Under the pieces are notes generated by a model. That model had not been told where the DNA came from, did no database searches, and worked only from the letters and a program-made list of their open reading frames with translations. Of a stretch of 64,000 nt of DNA, positions 1 through 17,138 are shown one piece after another (within the stretch, counting starts at the first letter, position 1; every line of letters begins with the position of its first letter). The stretch lies in NCBI RefSeq assembly GCF_009914755.1, contig NC_060936.1; one strand, written 5' to 3'. This DNA is from the human T2T-CHM13v2.0 reference genome, Homo sapiens. A program made the translations under genes and the position numbers.

Positions 1-1054
1 AGCATAATATTTAATATTTATCTGCTAATAAATGATAGCTATTATTACAGTACAGAGTTTTGGTTAATGTGACTCTCGGTCCAAAATCCTCAAAGGATTA
101 AGACAATCTAGAGTTTAAATCTTACATCTTTAGCAAAACCAAAACAAGGTGAAAGATATAAAGAAATAAAATCATCGTTTTTAAAGCAGATTCCTCAAAG
201 TATTTTGCTGAGAAAAAAAAAGCATTTGGAATTACATTAGTTCATTCTCAGTCAAGTACTTCCTTAATCCTTAAATTCCTTTGGGGAAGGATAATATACA
301 GCATCTTTCTTAACAGCTCATCTTGAGAAATAAAAGCCTTGGTATTCCAAAAGAAAAGAAGACACATTAACTTTGGTCCCAGTTGTTATTTTGTCTAGAA
401 CAAAAGATAACAATGAACCAAGTGCAACAAATCTCAGTGAACCTATACATCTATCTAGAGAAGTGGAATCTACAGTAATGGAAGGAGAAGACTACATCCC
501 AATTCAGCTCCCATACCATAAGGGGAAGCCACTGTATTTCATTTTTTTGCCCCATTACAAGGAGCCAAAGTTTAACCCAAATATAGAACATATGCCATGA
601 TGATATAATGATGAATGATAGAAAATCTTTTCTTCCCAGATCTAAAATTTGTATTTTCATTTTCAGTATATGGGTTTTGGTCATCCTAAAGGTCAATGTA
701 AACTTAGGAGGTTTCTTGGGAAATTTTATACTTGTCATACAAAAAATGAAACATAGGGAATCTGACCATAATGGCAGGAGAAAAAAAAACCCTATATAAC
801 CCATGTCAAAGATTTTTTTAAAATATCAGAAACAAAATGAAATATATTAGAAACAAAATGAAATATAGATGAGGGGCAGCCAGGCTGTAAATGGGCACAG
901 AATGTTAGAGGATAATGGAGGCATCAGATAGTCACTGGACTATTTGTGCTACCAGTTTTGAAACTTGAAACTTGTTAGTTGATTGGCAATTGAAACACAA
1001 ACCCCAAATCTCATCTATTTTAAAAGAAGGTGCTTACAGGTACGTTCAGATTCA

Positions 1055-1250
1055 TAACTAATGTTTATTGAGTATTTATTATGTGCTAGGTAATTTTCAT
1101 AAATATTTAATCTTTAGGATAGCCCTGTGACATTTCTATTTTAATCCCCATTTGCATTTGTGGAAAATGAGATGCAGAGATGTTACGTACTCTACCTGGT
1201 GCCTAACATTGTAGAAAAACAGTAGGTCCTGTGTTTCAAAGGATGATAGT
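1055..1250 (-). mobile_element. MIR fragment
   Basis: tttattgagtatttattatgtgctagg...ccccatttg...aaaatgagatgcagaga resembles the MIR core, reversed. Confidence 0.55.
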
Positions 1251-1901
1251 GTTTTCAGTAAACCACGGAAACATACCCTCAAAGTTCCCTAAACATGGTG
1301 AGAAACAAACACCCTAGAGCATGGGTATTGCTGAGCACATTGTTGATAATAGTCAAAACTTTACTTTTTCTGATCATAGTACTGTTTTCATTTTCCTCTC
1401 CTTCAAGTTCTCTTTATTGTTTTACCATTTTCTCTCCATTATTTTATACCTACTTTATGTTACTTCTTTGTCTCATCTACCTGTCTATTCGTTACTTAAG
1501 CCATACATCTCGTAAAGGCACAAAATACACAATCCTTCTGGTATTTAATCCTTCTGGTAGTGTTCAGAGGAAGGGCAGTTAATGCTATACATTGGAATTT
1601 TTAATTCTCTAGCAATTCTAATGTATGTTAGCGGTCAACTCATGAACCATCATGATAACTCAAGATACCTTAATTATAAGGATGATATATTTGGCACATG
1701 CATGTATGTGGCCTGAATTTAATACCCCAGTTCTAGGATCAGTGATGACCATAGTTAAGTTACTTTTCATAAGATGCTAGGAAGTTAGCATTTTGGGGGA
1801 GTAATAATAAAACATCATTCTGACTGAGAGTCATATATGCAATCTATTGAAATATAAGCTTTAAAAGTACTCTAAAAATATGGGTTCCATATTTTGCTTA
1901 C

Positions 1902-2122
1902 CCAAGCTGTTTTCCACTCTGGAACAGCTACCTACAGTAGCTTTAGAAGTCAATTGTCCAGTTGTTGATATAGTTACTCTACTAATCTGAGGACTAGACA
2001 GATAGTAACCAAGAGGCATTCCACTGGAATTTGAAGATGACAATGGCAGTGTTGTGGCAACTGAACCCAACATCTTTGGGGAAAAATGTACTAAAGAATA
2101 TACTCCAAGTTTGTCTTCTCTT
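1902..2122 (-). CDS. LMNTD1: LMNTD1 internal coding exon (221 nt, phase 2 in / phase 1 out): [24 protein letters not shown]...SRVENSL
   Basis: Minus strand acceptor ttttttgtacacag|AAGAGAAG and donor TTGG|gtaagc. Open frame lies inside ORF 1861-2226. Peptide matches my recollection of the LMNTD1 N-terminus, and the phase fits both upstream exons. Confidence 0.92.
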
Positions 2123-2926
2123 CTGTGTACAAAAAATATAATATAAATAAATAAATAAGAAAGTAAAAGTGGCTGTGAATAAAAGAAGCATGGGCTATTA
2201 TTATTACCCAGAATTCTGCTTTTCAAAGGTAATATGCATCCAACACAAGCACAATAACATCTTGTATTTCTAGTTTTAACAATCTAAATAAAACACTTTA
2301 TTATCAATTTGTTGTATGCTTTAAAAATATTTGAAAATTAACAAATTTCTATTGTAGATAGTTCTGAAAATGTGTAAGTAGAAAAAAGATAATACTAATC
2401 ATTACAATGCCACCAACAAGACATTTTACCATCTCCTTCCAGGCTTTTAAATGTACTTTTTACTCTAAGTGGAGACTTTATAAGCCATTTATACCTCCAC
2501 TTTGATCACTTACCATTATTTTCCCTTTCCGTTATCATAAAATCATGATTATAATTCTGGTTTAATATATCATTGTTTCCTATATGCTTTTCCTTTAATT
2601 CTTGTTGCTGCTTAACTAACTTTTCTATATTAATTAAGATTGTTTAGTGAATGTCTGCCTTCAAATAAACTGTACATGTTTGTGTGTGTGTATGTGTATT
2701 GGAGGGAATGACAGAATAGAGGGAGAAGAAAGATCATTTTCGTGTACTATTTTTATAAGTGAATCTTACTATGAACAAAGATTTCCTTTTTTATATCTAA
2801 AGGAACATTTGTTAACTAGTGCACAATCATTTGAACAAGGTTCATAAGCTTCAGTACAATTATTTTACAAGTTAAACAACACTTCATTGACATGAATCCT
2901 GAAAAGACTTAGGACGTTTCATTTTA

Positions 2927-2959
2927 TGAGTCACACTGAGGCTCTTCCCAGTGACGTCA
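2927..2959. promoter_or_regulatory. AP-1 site (TGAGTCA 2927-2933) plus full CRE (TGACGTCA 2952-2959), intronic
   Basis: Two perfect bZIP motifs with 18 bp between them in unique sequence. Motif match only. Confidence 0.35.
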
Positions 2960-3960
2960 AAGCAATTTTTGTGGGTGCATGTGTGTATGCATGCGTGTTC
3001 AGTGCTTAAATTGTGAACAAAATCCTCCAATCCAAACCCTTTATTTCTCTGAAAAATGAGACAAATGGCCAGTTCAGCCATCCCCTTTCTGGGGGTCCAC
3101 ATATCTATCCACTATAAGTCAGGAACTAATTATTTTGCCTCCATGAATTATCTCTGTTTTGATCTATTTCCCAAAGCTCTTATAAAATTATGTTAGCCAA
3201 CCTCTCCTTGTTGTTCTTTCAGGTTCTTACAGGAGAATGAGGGCCTGGAGTTTCCTACTCTGCCATCTTGCTGCTGTCACCCTCAATATCTCTGTTTACC
3301 AAGAGGTATTCACAATCATTTTGTTCTACAATGTGAAAGTTCCTTTATCAGAAATCTTATACCTGGAGAGTTTTGTATTCAAAACTAGACTGCTCTTTAA
3401 TGTGCCTCTCAGCAGACACAGACATCTCAGGCAAATTTTTAAAATAATTAAATGGCATTGGCTTTGAAAATGTCATGATTACTAGCCCAGTGCTTAAGAA
3501 GCATGTGCACTTAACATCCTGCTGACACTCCAAGCATTCATATTTGTCAGAAAAGCTCTAACCTATGAAGATACACTATTGAGTATGACCGTAGAGGTAG
3601 TGGGAAGGAGACTTTAGAGGTAAACTGTCAGATTACAGATATTTCATCTGTGTTCAACATGAGACAGGATTGTAAGACACGACTTCTCCCTGACATTGAC
3701 TACAACAGCAGAGAAATGCAGAGAAATGCTTTTCTCTTTCAACATTCCTTACATCTGGGCTTCATAACAGACTGGCTATTCTTTTCAGCATGTTCATTTT
3801 ATAAGATCTCAATTTTTTTCCTCTAGTAAAACAATAGCACTTTAAAATAAATTTAATTCCACAGAAGACTCCCAAGAAGGCTTAACAAAATCTTTGCAAT
3901 CACAGAAACCTGTCCTGGAGCTATAGGGTGTTCTTATTTTGGTAGGTGAATAAGAAATTT

Positions 3961-4268
3961 TTTTCTTTTCTTTTCTTTTTTTATGAGACAGGGTCTCTCT
4001 CTGTCATCCAGGCTGGAGTACAGTGGTACAATCATAGTTTACTGCAACCACCAACTCCTGGGTTCAAGTGATCCTCCCGCCTCAGCCTCCCAAGTAGCTG
4101 AGACTACAGGCACATGGCACTATGCCTGCTAATTTTGAAAAAAATTTTGTAGACATGTGGTGTTGCTATGTTGCCCGGGCTGTCTCTAATACTCCTGGCC
4201 TCAAGTGATTCTTTTGCCTTGGCCTCCCAAATTGCTGGAATTACAGGCATGAGCCACTATGCCTGGCC
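3961..4268 (-). mobile_element. AluJ-type SINE
   Basis: Diverged Alu dimer. TSD gaataagaaattt at 3948-3960 and 4269-4281. Confidence 0.9.
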
Positions 4269-4913
4269 GAATAAGAAATTTCTAATGGCTGCACACATCT
4301 TTGAAAGAGCTGAGACATTTCAGGAACAAACTCGTGTGATACAGCCCATCACCTGAACCTTCCACTTGCCTACCTATTAGTCTTCTTTTGGAAGATGAGA
4401 GATTTTTCTCAGTGCTTAGTTAACTTTCCCTTAAGCATAAGTAATTTTCTAAGCCCCTTCTTGGTATCTCACTCCCTCCGTAATTGATTAACATTAAAAC
4501 AGGGGCAGTTACAAAAGCTCAAGTCTAGCATTTCAGTGTTACTTTGGGAGACGCTGCATTGATAATATTGACGACAATCATTTCTCAGAGGACCTCTAAG
4601 AACAAATATTTAAAAATGGACTTGGACTGAACAATAAACATAGGACTTGTAGGTCCAAAGTAACAATAGCTTTAAATTATGTATACTCAATAAGTCAATT
4701 TTAAAGAAAACATTGGAAAACCAATGGTAATGCTTTAGTTGATGAATGATTTATATTAAATGTAAAAATAGGGATTATAATTTTATATAACATTCTTACG
4801 GACATTTCCAAAACCAATATTCTGGTAATTTTTTTGTCCCCAGTTCTGTAAAATAGTTCTAGAAAGAAACTATTTCTGTAAATTGACTTAACATATTAAA
4901 TGGGAACTTTGGA

Positions 4914-5158
4914 GGCCAGGCGCGGTGGCTCACGCTTGTAATCCCAGCACTTTGGGAGGCCGATGCGGGCAGATCACGAGGTCAGGAGATCAAGACCACG
5001 GTGAAACCTCGTCTCTACTAAAAATACAAAAAATTAGCCGGGTGTGGTGGCGGGCGCCTGTAGTCCTAGCTACTCCGAGAGGCTGAGGCAAGAGAATGGC
5101 GTGAAACCGGGAGGCGGAGCTTACAGTGAGCCAAGATCGCGCCACTGCACTCTGTCTG

Positions 5159-5186
<28 letters not shown>
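4914..5186 (+). mobile_element. AluY, probably AluYd lineage
   Basis: 12-bp left-arm deletion (agacca|cggtgaaac), long pure A-tail, TSD gggaactttgg. Confidence 0.85.
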
Positions 5187-5189
<3 letters not shown>

Positions 5190-5455
5190 AACTTTGGCTG
5201 GAATCTCAGCTAGGTCTTATACTATGGAGATCTGTCCAGGTGGATTTTTATACTTCTCAAGGACTAGAACCTTATAAAACAGTAGTTGTGGAAGTAGTTG
5301 TATGCTACAGTCCATTATTTCTAGAAAATTTGTGAGATATATTCTAGTTCTAACTGGTTCATAAGAGTATTGAAACAAAAGAGGTCAAGCATGCCATCAT
5401 TCCTCCTCTATAACTCAGCTCTAACTCTGCTTCCATCGCATCTATGCATGCTCAC

Positions 5456-5544
5456 TGTTTTTGTTTCTCATTCTTATCTTCCTGCTCATGGACTTTATTC
5501 TGCATTGCCTTCGAAGCTTCCTGAATGTCTTGTGTATCTTTCAT
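5456..5544 (-). CDS. LMNTD1: LMNTD1 alternative start exon, coding part MKDTQDIQEASKAMQNKVHEQEDKNEKQK(Q); exon begins at acceptor 5574
   Basis: GCCAAGATG (A at -3), 89 coding nt, donor ACA|gtgagc. CA+A gives Gln in frame with exon 2122. Acceptor ctttcctag|GAAAG at 5574. Too short for the ORF track. Confidence 0.9.
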
Positions 5545-5653
5545 CTTGGCTAGAAAAGAAGTCTCTTTTCTTTCCTAGGAAAGCAGATCATGACATCAGA
5601 TGACGAATATGGCTGAGGTTCAAGGCAGATTTTTCTTTTCAAAGTGACCTCAC

Positions 5654-5679
5654 CTGTTAATCCAACTACCTTCAAGCAT
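5654..5679 (-). CDS. LMNTD1: LMNTD1 first exon, coding part MLEGSWIN(R)
   Basis: ATG CTT GAA GGT AGT TGG ATT AAC AG|gtgagg. The phase-2 donor joins exon 2122 to give MLEGSWINRREDKL, matching the recalled isoform N-terminus. Confidence 0.88.
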
Positions 5680-5914
5680 CAGCTAGGTTTAATAATTTCT
5701 TTACCAAACTAGTACCAGAACCACAATTCTCATGAGGATATGTAAGTACCAACATAGCCAATCCTGATCTTGGCTAAGGATGTCAGACAAACCATGGTGC
5801 AGGTGTGTAGCATTCACTGGAAGCAGCTTGAGAGGGCAGTAACTTGGCAAAGAGACCTTTATGACTACAGTTGTTGCTTCTGGCCAACACTGCCTCTTAG
5901 AACTATGAGGTAAT

Positions 5915-5928
5915 GTCTCCATAGTAAC
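5915..5928. promoter_or_regulatory. RFX X-box in the proximal LMNTD1 promoter region
   Basis: GTCTCCATAGTAAC (reverse GTTACTATGGAGAC) is a near match to GTNRCC-N0-3-RGYAAC, ~240 bp upstream of the MLEG ATG. Weaker X-box-like sites at 5839-5851 and 5873-5888. Confidence 0.6.
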
Positions 5929-6229
5929 CAAGTTCCAGTTTCTGAACAATTCCTATGTTGATGCTGTACCTTCTTTGCAGTTTGCAGACATTAAATAAAG
6001 TAATTTGCTCTTAGGAAAGCCATATCTTCCACTAGACTTTGCCACCAAAATTATTGATATCTTGTTTTGTATTTCTAAGAGTCAAGGCCAGTATGTACAT
6101 ACTGGGGAAATTAATCACAACTCTTTTCTTCTTTTTTTTCTTTCTCTCTCTCTGGACAAATACTTTGAGCACATGGAAACAGCTAGGCAGCAAGAATAGA
6201 AACCATAAAACTTCAATGCAAAAAGAAGT

Positions 6230-6400
6230 CTATTGGTAGAAATCATAAAATCAAAGCCAGAACACCTAAATTCTTCTCCTAGTTATGCCAGCAGTATGAT
6301 TTAGAAGAAATCACTTAATTCAGTTTCTCCTCTGTGTAAAACACTCACACTTAATGTTTCATGATAATGATAGTATGGCAATAAAATTAATAACTATGAA
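6230..6400 (+). mobile_element. MIR fragment
   Basis: aaatcacttaattcagtttctcctctgtgtaaaa MIR core. Confidence 0.45.
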
Positions 6401-7130
6401 AGTACATGATTATATACAGTAATAAGATATATAAATGATGATTACTGGATGAGTAAGCTTATTAAAAATAGTTAATAAGATTCTACTATTTCTTAAAAAC
6501 TGGCTAGGTACCATGAATAAACAATACCTGCTTTCAGAAATAATACTAAAATATCTTCTAATATAGATTTGAAAATGATTTTTAAAGACAATAAAGTAAC
6601 TGTCTTAAAAAGCCAAAAAGAAAAAGTCAAGACGTGTAACATGTAATAAGGTAAGTTAAAAGGAAGTAAACGTTTGACCGTATTTCCTCCCTCTCAGAGA
6701 TGAAGCACAATTCCTTATGAACATTATGGGCCAATTATGTAAATATAGCATCAGAAGGTTTATAAATTTTTACTTACGCTTAGTAAAGAATTAAAAATGG
6801 GCTTGTCATTTCTTGTCACTCTCCCAGTCTCCCTACCTGTACCAGTCTGGATGGCTTTCTAGCTGTTAAAAATTTCTCTACTTGAACTGCATATATTAGC
6901 ATAAAGTCGTTATGACCTCATTGGTTTTATCAGAGAGCCTGCTCATATTTTCCAACATATTTTGGAGAAATAAAATTCTGTCAGCTGAGAAAAACTTTTG
7001 AAGGCTTTGAAGTTGTGAGTGTTTCAATACTCATTCCCCATAGTAGACATTTTTCTTATTTCCTTTTCTTAAATTACTGTATATATGCAATGAAAACCAA
7101 TTTCCTCTTTTGTTGTTGCTTAAACTAATT

Positions 7131-7900
7131 TAGTGGTTTTCAACAGGGGCCAAAGTGAACCATAGAGAGCATTTTGTAAATGTAAGAGGATGTTGATAGT
7201 AGTCATTAAAGATTCGGGTCGGGTATTAGTGGCATTTGGTAGACAGAACCCAGAGATGCTAGACTTTCCACAATGTGGCAGATAATCCTACTTAGTAAAT
7301 AATGTTCCCACATGACACGTGCCTTTCTAGGCATTCATGCAGGTGAAAAATAGACTACAATTATCTGGCCAGGCACAGTGGTTCCCACCTGTAATCCCAG
7401 CACTTTGGGAGGCCAAAGGGAGTGAATTACTTGAGGTCAGGAGTTCAGGACCAGTCTGGCCAACATGATGAAACCCCGTCTCTACTAAAAAAATACAAAA
7501 ATCAGCTGGGTGTGGTGGCGGGTGCCTGTAATCCCAGCTACTCTGGAGGCTAAGGCAGGAGAATCGCTTGAACCGGGGATGTGGAGTTGCAGTGAGCTGA
7601 GATCGTGCCACTGCATTCCAGCTTGGGTGACAGAACCAGTCTCCGTCATTAAAAAAAAAAAAAAAAGATTAGAATTATATGAACCTAAAGCCTAGCTCTA
7701 TATGTCATATAAATACAAAATATTTTTGCAGTTTTAGTATATACCAAAGTCTTTAGGATGTAACTATTTATTGTTTAAATTCCGGAAAGACTCTATATTG
7801 ATTTGTTCAGACGTTTCCAAGAGTTATCAGTTTGGAAAAAATTACATCACCAATAGCAATACAACTTGGTAGTATTCATGTGGTTGATACAACTTATTGG
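7131..7900. mobile_element. hAT-Charlie (MER20/MER20B-like) DNA transposon remnant, interrupted by an Alu
   Basis: tagtggttttcaac terminus; tggcatttggtag...cagagatgct MER20-like body. Right boundary uncertain. Confidence 0.45.
7367..7666 (+). mobile_element. AluS-type SINE
   Basis: Full dimer with A-tail; decayed TSD agactacaattat / agattagaattat. Confidence 0.9.
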
Positions 7901-7919
7901 ACAGAGAATAACAGTAGCA

Positions 7920-8415
7920 ATAATACCATCAGCAGCAACAAAATCAACCTGAATCTGATGAATCCTCTGCTTTACATGTAATACAGGAAACAGAAGAGCA
8001 CGTTAGCTAATCAACTAAGAAATTTAAAAGACACTTTTTGTAATTTGTGGATATAACATATCCTAATTCAAGCAAACTGTAGAAATTTATAAGACAGTAG
8101 AAACTTAAGCACATGGTACTTAATGATATTAAGGAATAACTGGTAAATATTTTAGGTGTGATATGGTGTCATGATTATGTTTTTTGAAAAGGGTTCTTAT
8201 CTTTTAGTGATACATACTAAAACATTTATAGATAAAATGATATGACGTCCTCTGTTTCTAATGAATACAGACAGTAGGAAGCAGATGAGAATGTAGATGA
8301 AAAAGTTGGGCCATGACTTGTAATTATTAAAGCTGAGTAATAGTTACATGGAGATTCATTATAGATTATGATTATTTTTGACTGCAAATATCTAAGTTCT
8401 CCATAGCAAAAAGAC
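7920..8415 (+). mobile_element. Ancient L1M (L1MC/ME-like) 3' fragment
   Basis: cttatcttttagtgatacatactaaaacatttatagataaaatgatatga is typical of old L1M 3' UTRs. Confidence 0.55.
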
Positions 8416-8538
8416 TAAAATAGAAGCCTCAGTTTGGGATGCACAGACTCAAATGTTAATGGTGTCATCAACATGGCTGTGTCTGCTCAGGAAGGAGAGG
8501 GTCAGCAAGAACTGAAAGGAAGAAGCAGAGGTGCATGA

Positions 8539-9030
<492 letters not shown>

Positions 9031-10695
9031 ACTTGCTGTTTCTGCTTTACTCTTGTTCCATATCTTCCTTTTTCTGTGGTATCTGCCTAAATGCTTGTCC
9101 ATTCCTGAACCAGCTTCATCCTGCTTTTTCTGGTCTGGTCTCAAATCATCTCAAATCACTCTCTCCTCTGTCTTCTTGGCACTCTGTCAATTCTCTTTGC
9201 CTTTACCCCGCGTTGGGAAAGTACGAGAATTTTGCTGGGGAATTGAAGCCCCATAAGAGTAGATGTGGGTCAAATTAGGGTAATGAAAACTGAGTTTCAT
9301 GTTGTGAGATTTCTACCTTAAGAAAAAATTAAAAGTGGCAAAATTCCATATTCTTAAGTTTAAAAAACAGACAAAATATTACATATACACAATTTTTAAA
9401 GATTTGAAGAACACAAAGAACTGGCTTTATATATTTTAGTTCTCTGCCTCCACATGTGGAGAAGATTTGCACAGCAAGAGATTTTATTAAATTGGTAATA
9501 CAAATAAAATGTCTTGTGTGAATGAAGGCAGCATATATAAAGATAGTTTTCTTCCCCTCTCAGGCCATGGGTAATATGCAGTTGAGTAATAATCAGTTCA
9601 GGACTACAATTTTAAACACTATGACATGTTCCATTATCTAAGATTCAAAGAGTTTGGAATACAATTGTAGGAATTCAATTTCATATTTACACCCACATAA
9701 AAATAGTATAAATTCCTATTATAAAGCCTTTTGCTAGTCCAAAAATGTACTCAGTCAATTCATTTCTTTTACACAGATCCACGTGTAATAACAGCCTCAG
9801 ACACAGATGCTATTATTTTACCTTCAAGTTAGAGTCACATTAAGCTCCTACGAGGGGTATTTCAAGAGAGGCTAGAGGACATGTATTGGAAGTTTCAAGT
9901 TTCAGACAGTTTGTTCAAAGTAATCTTCATGGAGCTTCCCAATCACAAAATCCTGTTGAAAAACAACACTAAGGTCTTAGATCTGCATTTCTGAGGCTGA
10001 GTCTCAAACACTGGTTTGAATCCTCAGACATACCAATTTTAGCAATAGTTCAAAATAACTGTCTAATTACTTTACACATTACATGTATTTTAGGAGTAGT
10101 CTGTCTGCAAATCTTTTCTATTCATACTCTTTAGAGGAATATAGCACTTATTTTTCCAAGTCAAGTCAGGACACCTCAGACTTGTTCAGGAGACAAAGAT
10201 TCATAACATTTGCTCTTATTTGCAGAACACTATATTCTGTATAGTAATTTTTAAAAAAATACAAACCAATACATTTATTTCACCTATACTCTTTTAATCT
10301 ATCTTATGAAATCACAACCACCAGCCCATGTGTCTTGAAACAAAATAACACCCAACAAATGGTTGAACCAAGAGCAAATAGTTAATTTTGAGGTTTCCTA
10401 TTGATATAAATTTGCAGTTTCATTTTCTTCTATCATATATGGGCAATCTCTAGCAGAAAAGTAGTCTGGAGCCAAAGCCTGTAACACATTATTGGAGAAC
10501 AATTTGAATTGAGAAATTCTATTCATTAGCTTTTATTCCCTCTGCAAACAGGATAAAGGCAGTCATTATTCAACATAACAGCCAAATATTGATTCTCTAG
10601 TTTATGGAACACTAGCGCCCCCTAGGAACCCTGTTTAAAATATGTAAAAATTTTAACCTATGAGAGGAGCACTCAATTAAAGGAGTAAGAAAGAT

Positions 10696-11550
10696 CAGTA
10701 TCAGTTGTAATGTCTCCTTTTTCATCTCTGACTTTATTTATTTGGATCTTCTCTTTTATTCTTAGTCTGGCTAAAGGTTTGTCAATTTTGTTTAACTTTT
10801 CAAAAAACCAACTTTTTGTTTTATTGATCTTTTGTATTGTTTTCATTTCAGTTTCATTTGTTTCTGCTCTGATCTTTATTATTTCTTCTACTGATTTTGG
10901 GTTTGGTTTGCTCTTATTTTTCTAGTTCTTCAGATGCATCATCAGACCTGTTATTTGAAATTTTTCTTCTTTTTTGACGTAGGCACTTACAGCTATAAAA
11001 TTCCCTCTTAGTACTGCTTTTGCTATATTCCATAGGTTTTGGTATATGTGTTTCCATTATTTGTTTCAAGAAATTTTCAATTTTCTTTTTAATTTCCTCA
11101 TTGACTCACTGGTCATTTAGGAGCATATTGTTTAATTTCTATGTTGTATTAGTCTGTTCTCATGCTGCTAACAAAGACATATCCGACACTGGGTAATTTA
11201 TAAAGAAAAGACGTTTAATGGCCTCACATTTCCACATGGCCGGGGAGGCCTCACAATCATAGCGGAAGACAAAGGAAGGGCAAAGGGTTGTCTCACATGG
11301 CGGCAGGCAAGAGAGCATGTGCAGGGGAACTCCCTTTATAAAACCATCAGATGTCATAAGACTTAGTCACTATCATAAGAACAGCATGGGAAAAACCCAC
11401 CTCCATGATTCAATTACTTCCCATTGAGTCCCTCCCATGACACGTGGGGGTTACTACAATTCAAGGTGAGATTTGGGTGGGGACACAGAGCCAAACAATA
11501 TCACGTGTATTTGTATAATTTCCAAAATTTCTCTTGTCATTGACTTACAG
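10696..11550 (-). mobile_element. L1MA ORF2 fragment (left piece of the inverted duplicate), contains a THE1 LTR
   Basis: Reverse complement of ~50415-51280, including the same LTR insertion point. Confidence 0.88.
11145..11503 (-). mobile_element. THE1 (MaLR) solo LTR
   Basis: TG...CA termini, ~360 bp, THE1B/C-like; 5-bp decayed TSD. Confidence 0.88.
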
Positions 11551-11625
11551 TTTTTTTTTTTGAGACAGTCTTTTTTTTTAGAATGCTAATCCCCCAATTT
11601 TATTTAATCACTATACTTCCTGCAT

Positions 11626-17138
<5,513 letters not shown>

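Noticed and set aside
373-804. Overlapping ORFs 373-600 (+), 451-804 (-) and 608-799 (+)
   Set aside because: No convincing splice sites or recognisable protein; chance ORFs in an AT-rich intron
828-867. Direct repeat agaaacaaaatgaaatata x2 (also short doublets at ~1531 and ~3709)
   Set aside because: Ordinary slippage duplications with no array structure
1861-2226. 121-aa ORF as a single-exon gene
   Set aside because: Only 1902-2122 is exon; the flanking residues are translated intron
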